This document shows positions 55,201-64,000 of a stretch of DNA of 64,000 bases, in pieces. Under the pieces are notes generated by a model that did no database searches, was not told the DNA's origin, and worked only from the letters and a program-made list of their open reading frames with translations. The position numbers and the translations under genes are program-made. Each line of letters begins with the position of its first letter. Position 1 is the first letter of the stretch. Source of the DNA: Eledone cirrhosa (taxonomy: Eukaryota); assembly GCA_964016885.1 (NCBI GenBank), contig OZ024742.1:16120001-16184000 (forward strand), given 5' to 3'.

Positions 55201-58200
55201 TACTGTTATTTTCATATCAGTGGTACTGTTATGTTCATATCAGTGGTACTATTATGTTCCAATCAGTGGTACTATTATGTTCCTATCAGTGGTACTATTA
55301 TGTTCCTATCTGTTGTACTGTTATGTTCCTATCAGTTATACTCTTATGTTACTATCAGTGGTACTATTATGTTCATATCAGTGGTACTGTTATGTTCCTA
55401 TCAGTGGTACTATTATGTTCCTATCAGTGGTACTATTATGTTCCTATCAGTGGTACTATTATTTTCATATCAGTGGTACTGTTATGTTCATATCAGTGGT
55501 ACTGTTATGTTCATATCAGTGGTACTGTTATGTTCCTATCAGTGGTACTATTATGTTCCTATCAGTGGTACTGTTATGTTCCTATCAATGGTACTGTTAT
55601 GTTCCTATCAGTGGTACTGTTATGTTCATATCAGTGGTACTGTTATGTTCCTATCAGTGGTACTGTTATGTTCCTATCAGTGGTACTGTTGTGTTCCTAT
55701 CAGTGGTACTATTATGTTCCTATCAATGGTACTATTATGTTCATATCAGTGGTACTATTATGTTCCTATCAGTGGTACTATTATGTTCATATCAGTGGTA
55801 CTATTATGTTCATATCAGTGGTACTATTATGTTCCTATCAGTGGTGCTATTATGTTCCTATCAGTGGTACTGTTATGTTCCTATCACTGGTAATCTTATG
55901 TTCCTATCAGTGGTACTATTATGTTCATATCAGTGGTACTGTTATGTTCCTATCACTGGTACTCTTATGTTCCTATCAGTGGTACTGTTATGTTCCTATC
56001 AGTGGTACTGTTACGTTCCTATCAGTGGTACTGTTATGTTCATATCAGTGGTACTATTATGTTCATATCAGTGGTACTATTATGTTCATATCAGTGGTAC
56101 TATTATGTTCCTATCAGTGATACTATTATGATCCTATCAGTCGTACTATTATGTTATTATCAGTTGTACTCTTATGTTCCTATCAGTTATACAATTATGT
56201 TACTATCAGTGGTACTATTATGTTCCTATCAGTGGTACTATTATGTTCCTATCAGTGGTACTATTATGTTCATATCAGTGGTACTATTATGTTCCTATCA
56301 GTGGTACTATTATGTTCCTATCAGTGGTACTATTATGTTCATATCAGTGGTACTGTTATGTTCCTCTCAGTGGTACTATTATGTTCATATCAGTGGTACT
56401 ATTATTTTCCCATCAGTGGTACTATTATTTTCCCATCAGTGGTACAATTATGTTCCTATCAGTGGTACTGTTATGTTCCTATCAGTGGTACTATTATGTT
56501 CCTATCAGTGGTACTATTATGTTCATATCAGTGGTACTATTATTTTCCCATCAGTGGTACTATTATTTTCCCATCAGTGGTACAATTATGTTCCTATCAG
56601 TGGTACTGTTATGTTCCTATCAGTGGTACTGTTATGTTCCTATCAGTGGTACTGTTATGTTCCTATCAGTGGTACTATTATGTTCATATCAGTGGTACTG
56701 TTATGTTTCTATCAGTGGTACTGTTATGTTCCTATCAGTGTCACTATTATGTTCATATCAGTGGTACTGTTATGTTTCTATCAGTGGTACTGTTATGTTC
56801 CTATCAGTGTCACTATTATGTTCATATGAGTGGTCCTGTTATGTTCATATCAGCGGTACTATTATGTTCATATCAGTTGTACTCTTATGTTCCTATTAGT
56901 GGTACTATTATATTCCTATCAGTGGTACTGTTATGTTACTATCAGTGGTACTGTTATGTTCATATCAGTGGTACTGTTATGTTCCTATCAGTGGTACTGT
57001 TATGTTCCTATCAGTGGTACTATTATGTTCCTATCAGTGGTACTATTATGTTCCTATCAGTGGTACTATTATGTTCATATCAGTGGTACTATTATGTTCA
57101 TATCAGTGGTACTATTATGTTCCTATGAGTGGTACTATTATGTTCATATCAGTGGCACTATTACGTTCCTATCAGTGGTAGTGTTATGTTCCTGTCCGTG
57201 GTACTGTTATGTTACTATCAGTGGTACTGTTATGTTCATATCAGTGGTACTGTTATGTTCCTATCAGTGGTACTGTTATGTTCCTATCAGTGGTACTATT
57301 ATGTTCCTATCAGTGGTGCTATTATGTTCCTATCAGTGGTACTGTTATGTTCATATCAGTGGTACTATTATGTTCCTATCAGTGGTACTTTTATGTTCCT
57401 ATCAGTGGTACTATTATGTTCATATCAGTGATACTGTTATGTTCCTATCAGTGGTAATATTATGTTCCTATCAGTGGTACTGTTATGTTCCTATCAGTGG
57501 TACTATTATGTTCCTATCAGTGGTACTATTATATTCCTATCAGTGGTAATATTATGTTCCTATCAGTGGTACTGTTATGTTCCTATCAGTGGTACTGTTA
57601 CGTTCCTATCAGTGGTACTGTTATGTTCATATCAGTGGTACTATTATGTTCATATCAGTGATACTGTTATGTTCATATCAGCGGTACTCTTATGTTCCTA
57701 TCAGTGGTACTATTATGTTCATATCAGTGGTACTATTATTTTCCCATCAGTGGTACAATTATGTTCCTATCAGTGGTACTGTTATGTTCCTATCAGTGGT
57801 ACTGTTATGTTCATATCAGTTGTACTATTATGTTCCTATCAGTGGTACTGTTATTTTCATATCAGTGGTACTGTTATGTTCATATCAGTGGTACTATTAT
57901 GTTCCAATCAGTGGTACTATTATGTTCCTATCAGTGGTACTATTATGTTCCTATCTGTTGTACTGTTATGTTCCTATCAGTTATACTCTTATGTTACTAT
58001 CAGTGGTACTATTATGTTCATATCAGTGGTACTGTTATGTTCCTATCAGTGGTACTATTATGTTCATATCAGTGGTACTATTATGTTCATATCAGTGGTA
58101 CTATTATGTTCCTATCAGTGGTACTATTATGTTCATATCAGTGGTACTATTATGTTCATATCAGTGGTACTATTATGTACCTATCAGTGGTACTATTATG

Positions 58201-61200
58201 TTCCTATCAGTGGTGCTATTATGTTCCTATCAGTGGTACTGTTATGTTCATATCAGTGGTACTATTATGTTCCTATCAGTGGTACTTTTATGTTCCTATC
58301 AGTGGTACTATTATGTTCATATCAGTGATACTGTTATGTTCCTATCAGTGGTAATATTATGTTCCTATCAGTGGTACTGTTATGTTCCTATCAGTGGTAC
58401 TATTATGTTCCTATCAGTGGTACTATTATGTTCCTATCAGTGGTAATATTATGTTCCTATCAGTGGTACTGTTATGTTCCTATCAGTGGTACTGTTACGT
58501 TCCTATCAGTGGTACTGTTATGTTCATATCAGTGGTACTATTATGTTCATATCAGTGATACTGTTATGTTCCTATCAGTGGTACTATTATGTTCATATGA
58601 GTGGTACTGTTATGTTCCTATCAGTGGTACTATTATGTTCATATCAGTGGTACTATTATTTTCCCATCAGTGGTACAATTATGTTCCTATCAGTGGTACT
58701 GTTATGTTCCTATCAGTGGTACTGTTATGTTCATATCAGTTGTACTATTATGTTCCTATCAGTGGTACTGTTATTTTCATATCAGTGGTACTGTTATGTT
58801 CATATCAGTGGTACTATTATGTTCCAATCAGTGGTACTATTATGTTCCTATCAGTGGTACTATTATGTTCCTATCTGTTGTACTGTTATGTTCCTATCAG
58901 TTATACTCTTATGTTACTATCAGTGGTACTATTATGTTCATATCAGTGGTACTGTTATGTTCCTATCAGTGGTACTATTATGTTCATATCAGTGGTACTA
59001 TTATGTTCATATCAGTGGTATAGTTATGTTCCTATCAGTGGTACTATTATGTTCCTATCAGTGGTACTATTATTTTCATATCAGTGGTACTGTTATGTTC
59101 ATATCAGTGGTACTGTTATGTTCATATCAGTGGTACTGTTATGTTCCTATCAGTGGTACTATTATGTTCCTATCAGTGGTACTGTTATGTTCCTATCAAT
59201 GGTACTGTTATGTTCCTATCAGTGGTACTGTTATGTTCATATCAGTGGTACTGTTATGTTCCTATCAGTGGTACTGTTATGTTCCTATCAGTGGTACTGT
59301 TGTGTTCCTATCAGTGGTACTATTATGTTCCTATCAGTGGTACTATTATGTTCATATCAGTGGTACTATTATGTTCCTATCAGTGGTACTATTATGTTCA
59401 TATCAGTGGTACTATTATGTTCATATCAGTGGTACTATTATGTTCCTATCAGTGGTGCTATTATGTTCCTATCAGTGGTACTGTTATGTTCATATCAGTG
59501 GTACTATTATATTCCTATCAGTGGTACTATTATGTTCCTATCAGTGGTACTGTTACGTTGATATCAGTGGTACTATTATGTTCCTATCAGTGGTACTATT
59601 ATGTTCCTATCAGTGGTACTGTTATGTTCCTATCACTGGTACTCTTATGTTCCTATCAGTGGTACTGTTATGTTCCTATCAGTGGTACTGTTACGTTCCT
59701 ATCAGTGGTACTGTTATGTTCATATCAGTGGTACTATTATGTTCATATCAGTGGTACTATTATGTTCCTATCAGTGATACTATTATGATCCTATCAGTCG
59801 TACTATTATGTTATTATCAGTTGTACTCTTATGTTCCTATCAGTTATACTATTATGTTCATATCAGTGGTACTATTATGTACCTATCAGTGGTACTATTA
59901 TGTTCCTATCAGTGGTGCTATTATGTTCCTATCATTGGTACTGTTATGTTCATATCAGTGGTACTATTATGTTCCTATCAGTGGTACTATTATGTTCCTA
60001 TCAGTGGTACTGTTGTGTTCCTATCAGTGGTACTATTATGTTCCTATCAGTGGTACTATTATGTTCATATCAGTGGTACTCTTATGTTCCTATCAGTGGT
60101 ACTGTTATGTTCCTATCAGTGGTACTGTTACGTTCCTATCAGTGGTACTGTTATGTTCATATCAGTGGTACTATTATGTTCATATCAGTGGTACTATTAT
60201 GTTCATATCAGTGGTACTATTATGTTCCTATCAGTGATACTATTATGATCCTATCAGTCGTACTATTATGTTATTATCAGTTGTACTCTTATGTTCCTAT
60301 CAGTGGTACTATTATGTACCTATCAGTGGTACTATTATGTTCCTATCAGTGGTGCTATTATGTTCCTATCATTGGTACTGTTATGTTCATATCAGTGATA
60401 CTGTTATGTTCCTATCAGTGCTACTATTATGTTCCTATCAGTGGTACTGTTATGTTCCTATCAGTGGTACTGTTATGTTCCTATCAGTGGTAGTATTATG
60501 TTCCTATCAGTGGTAGTATTATGTTCCTATCAGTGGTACTATTATGTTCATATCAGTGGTACTATTATGTTCATATCAGTGATACTGTTATGTTCCTATC
60601 AGTGCTACTATTATGTTCATATCAGTGGTACTATTATGTTCCTATCAGTGGTACTGTTATGTTCCTATCAGTGGTACTATTATGTTCATATCAGTGGTAC
60701 TGTTATGTTTCTATCAGTGGTACTGTTATGTTCCTATCAGTGTCACTATTGTGTTCATATCAGTGGTACTGTTATGTTCATATCAGCGGTACTATTATGT
60801 TCATATCTGTTGTACTCTTATGTTCCTATTAGTGGTACTATTATATTCATATCAGTGGTACTGTTATGTTCCTATGAGTGGTACTATTATGTTCATATCA
60901 GTGGTACTGTTACGTTCCTATCAGTGGTAGTGTTATGTTCCTGTCGTGGTACTCTTTTGTTCCTATCAGTGGTACTGTTACGTTGATATCAGTGGTACTG
61001 TTATGTTCATATCAGTGGTACTATTCTGTTCCTATCAGTGGTACTGTTATGTTTCTATCAGTAGTACTGTTATGTTCCTATCAGTGGTACTGTTATGTTC
61101 ATATCAGTGGTACTATTATGTTCCTATCAGTGGTACTGTTATGTTCATATCAGTGGTACTATTATGTTCATATCAGTGATACTGTTATGTTCATATCAGT

Positions 61201-64000
61201 GGTACTCTTATGTTCCTATCACTGGTACTATTATGTTCCTATCAGTGGTACTATTATGTTCCTATCAGTGGTACTGTTATGTTCATATCAGTGGTACTGT
61301 TATGTTCCTATCAGTGGTACTATTATGTTCATATCAGTGGTACTATTATTTTCCCATCAGTGGTACAATTCTGTTCGTATCAGTGGTACTGTTATGTTCC
61401 TATCAGTGGTACTGTTATGTTCATATCAGTGGTACTATTATGTTCCTATCAGTGGTACTATTATGTTCCTATCAGTGGTACTATTATGTTCCTATCTGTT
61501 GTACTGTTATGTTCCTATCAGTTATACTATCATGTTACTATGAGTGGTACTATTATTTTCATATCAGTTGTACTGTTATGTTCATATCAGTGGTACTGTT
61601 ATGTTCCTATCAGTGGTACTGTTATGTTCCTATCAATGGTGCTGTTATGTTCCTATCAGTGGTACTGTTATGTTCATATCAGTGGTACTGTTATGTTCCT
61701 ATCAGTGGTACTGTTATGTTCCTATCAGTGGTACTGTTGTGTTCCTATCAGTGGTACTATTATGTTCCTATCAGTGGTACTATTATGTTCATATCAGTGG
61801 TACTATTATGTTCCTATCAGTGGTACTATTATGTTCATATCAGTGGTACTGTTGTGTTCCTATCAGTGGTACTGTTATGTTCCTATCAGTGGTACTCTTA
61901 TGTTCCTATCAGTGGTACTATTATGTTCATATCAGTGGTATAGTTATGTTCCTATCAGTGGTACTATTATGTTCCTATCAGTGGTACTATTATTTTCATA
62001 TCAGTGGTACTGTTATGTTCATATCAGTGGTACTGTTATGTTCATATCAGTGGTACTGTTATGTTCCTATCAGTGGTACTATTATGTTCCTATCAGTGGT
62101 ACTGTTATGTTCCTATCAATGGTACTGTTATGTTCCTATCAGTGGTACTGTTATGTTCATATCAGTGGTACTGTTATGTTCCTATCAGTGGTACTGTTAT
62201 GTTCCTATCAGTGGTACTGTTGTGTTCCTATCAGTGGTACTATTATGTTCCTATCAGTGGTACTATTATGTTCATATCAGTGGTACTATTATGTTCCTAT
62301 CAGTGGTACTATTATGTTCATATCAGTGGTACTATTATGTTCATATCAGTGGTACTATTATGTTCCTATCAGTGGTGCTATTATGTTCCTATCAGTGGTA
62401 CTGTTATGTTCATATCAGTGGTACTATTATGTTCCTATCAGTGGTACTATTATGTTCCTATCAGTGGTACTGTTACGTTGATATCAGTGGTACTATTATG
62501 TTCCTATCAGTGGTACTATTATGTTCCTATCAGTGGTACTGTTATGTTCCTATCACTGGTACTCTTATGTTCCTATCAGTGGTACTGTTATGTTCCTATC
62601 AGTGGTACTGTTACGTTCCTATCAGTGGTACTGTTATGTTCATATCAGTGGTACTATTATGTTCATATCAGTGGTACTATTATGTTCCTATCAGTGATAC
62701 TATTATGATCCTATCAGTCGTACTATTATGTTATTATCAGTTGTACTCTTATGTTCCTATCAGTTATACTATTATGTTCATATCAGTGGTACTATTATGT
62801 ACCTATCAGTGGTACTATTATGTTCCTATCAGTGGTGCTATTATGTTCCTATCATTGGTACTGTTATGTTCATATCAGTGGTACTATTATGTTCCTATCA
62901 GTGGTACTATTATGTTCCTATCAGTGGTACTGTTGTGTTCCTATCAGTGGTACTATTATGTTCCTATCAGTGGTACTATTATGTTCATATCAGTGGTACT
63001 CTTATGTTCCTATCAGTGGTACTGTTATGTTCCTATCAGTGGTACTGTTACGTTCCTATCAGTGGTACTGTTATGTTCATATCAGTGGTACTATTATGTT
63101 CATATCAGTGGTACTATTATGTTCATATCAGTGGTACTATTATGTTCCTATCAGTGATACTATTATGATCCTATCAGTCGTACTATTATGTTATTATCAG
63201 TTGTACTCTTATGTTCCTATCAGTGGTACTATTATGTACCTATCAGTGGTACTATTATGTTCCTATCAGTGGTGCTATTATGTTCCTATCATTGGTACTG
63301 TTATGTTCATATCAGTGATACTGTTATGTTCCTATCAGTGCTACTATTATGTTCCTATCAGTGGTACTGTTATGTTCCTATCAGTGGTACTATTATGTTC
63401 CTATCAGTGGTAGTATTATGTTCCTATCAGTGGTAGTATTATGTTCCTATCAGTGGTACTATTATGTTCATATCAGTGGTACTATTATGTTCATATCAGT
63501 GATACTGTTATGTTCCTATCAGTGCTACTATTATGTTCATATCAGTGGTACTATTATGTTCCTATCAGTGGTACTGTTATGTTCCGATCAGTGGTACTAT
63601 TATGTTCATATCAGTGGTACTGTTATGTTTCTATCAGTGGTACTGTTATGTTCCTATCAGTGTCACTATTGTGTTCATATCAGTGGTACTGTTATGTTCA
63701 TATCAGCGGTACTATTATGTTCATATCTGTTGTACTCTTATGTTCCTATTAGTGGTACTATTATATTCATATCAGTGGTACTGTTATGTTCCTATGAGTG
63801 GTACTATTATGTTCATATCAGTGGTACTGTTACGTTCCTATCAGTGGTAGTGTTATGTTCCTGTCGTGGTACTGTTTTGTTCCTATCAGTGGTACTGTTA
63901 CGTTGATATCAGTGGTACTGTTATGTTCATATCAGTGGTACTATTCTGTTCCTATCAGTGGTACTGTTATGTTTCTATCAGTAGTACTGTTATGTTCCTA
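46269..64000. repeat. 23-bp satellite array (ATCAGTGGTACTRTTATGTTCMT), ~770 units, runs off the window
   Basis: Direct reading; rare variants recur at 2484-bp and 2920-bp periods. Confidence 0.97.

Noticed and set aside
46284-63906. Long ORFs (up to 629 aa) in all three plus frames
   Set aside because: Translation of the stop-free 23-bp satellite; the same peptide cycle appears in every frame.

Overview
AT-rich, microsatellite-laden eukaryotic DNA with no recognisable host gene. The tRNA-derived SINE resembles the octopus OK/Meta-type SINE, so an octopod cephalopod is inferred. The first ~46 kb is a nest of Penelope-like elements (PLEs, Naiad-like) and their non-autonomous derivatives. It holds one intact 794-aa RT/GIY-YIG ORF with near-identical pLTRs, two decayed PLEs, and three tandem 'retrozyme'-type repeat families (310, ~430, ~592 bp). 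I read about 35 type I hammerhead ribozyme (HHR) motifs from about a dozen sequence families. Many of these otherwise unrelated families share a covarying bulged hairpin (ACUC-stem...stem-UU-GAGU) ~40-80 nt downstream of the HHR, and insertions repeatedly show a divergent two-arm layout ending in (TA)n. An internally deleted Gypsy (Mag-like) LTR element sits inside one retrozyme array. The last ~17.7 kb is a 23-bp satellite with higher-order repeats. All RNA structures were read by eye; none was computed.
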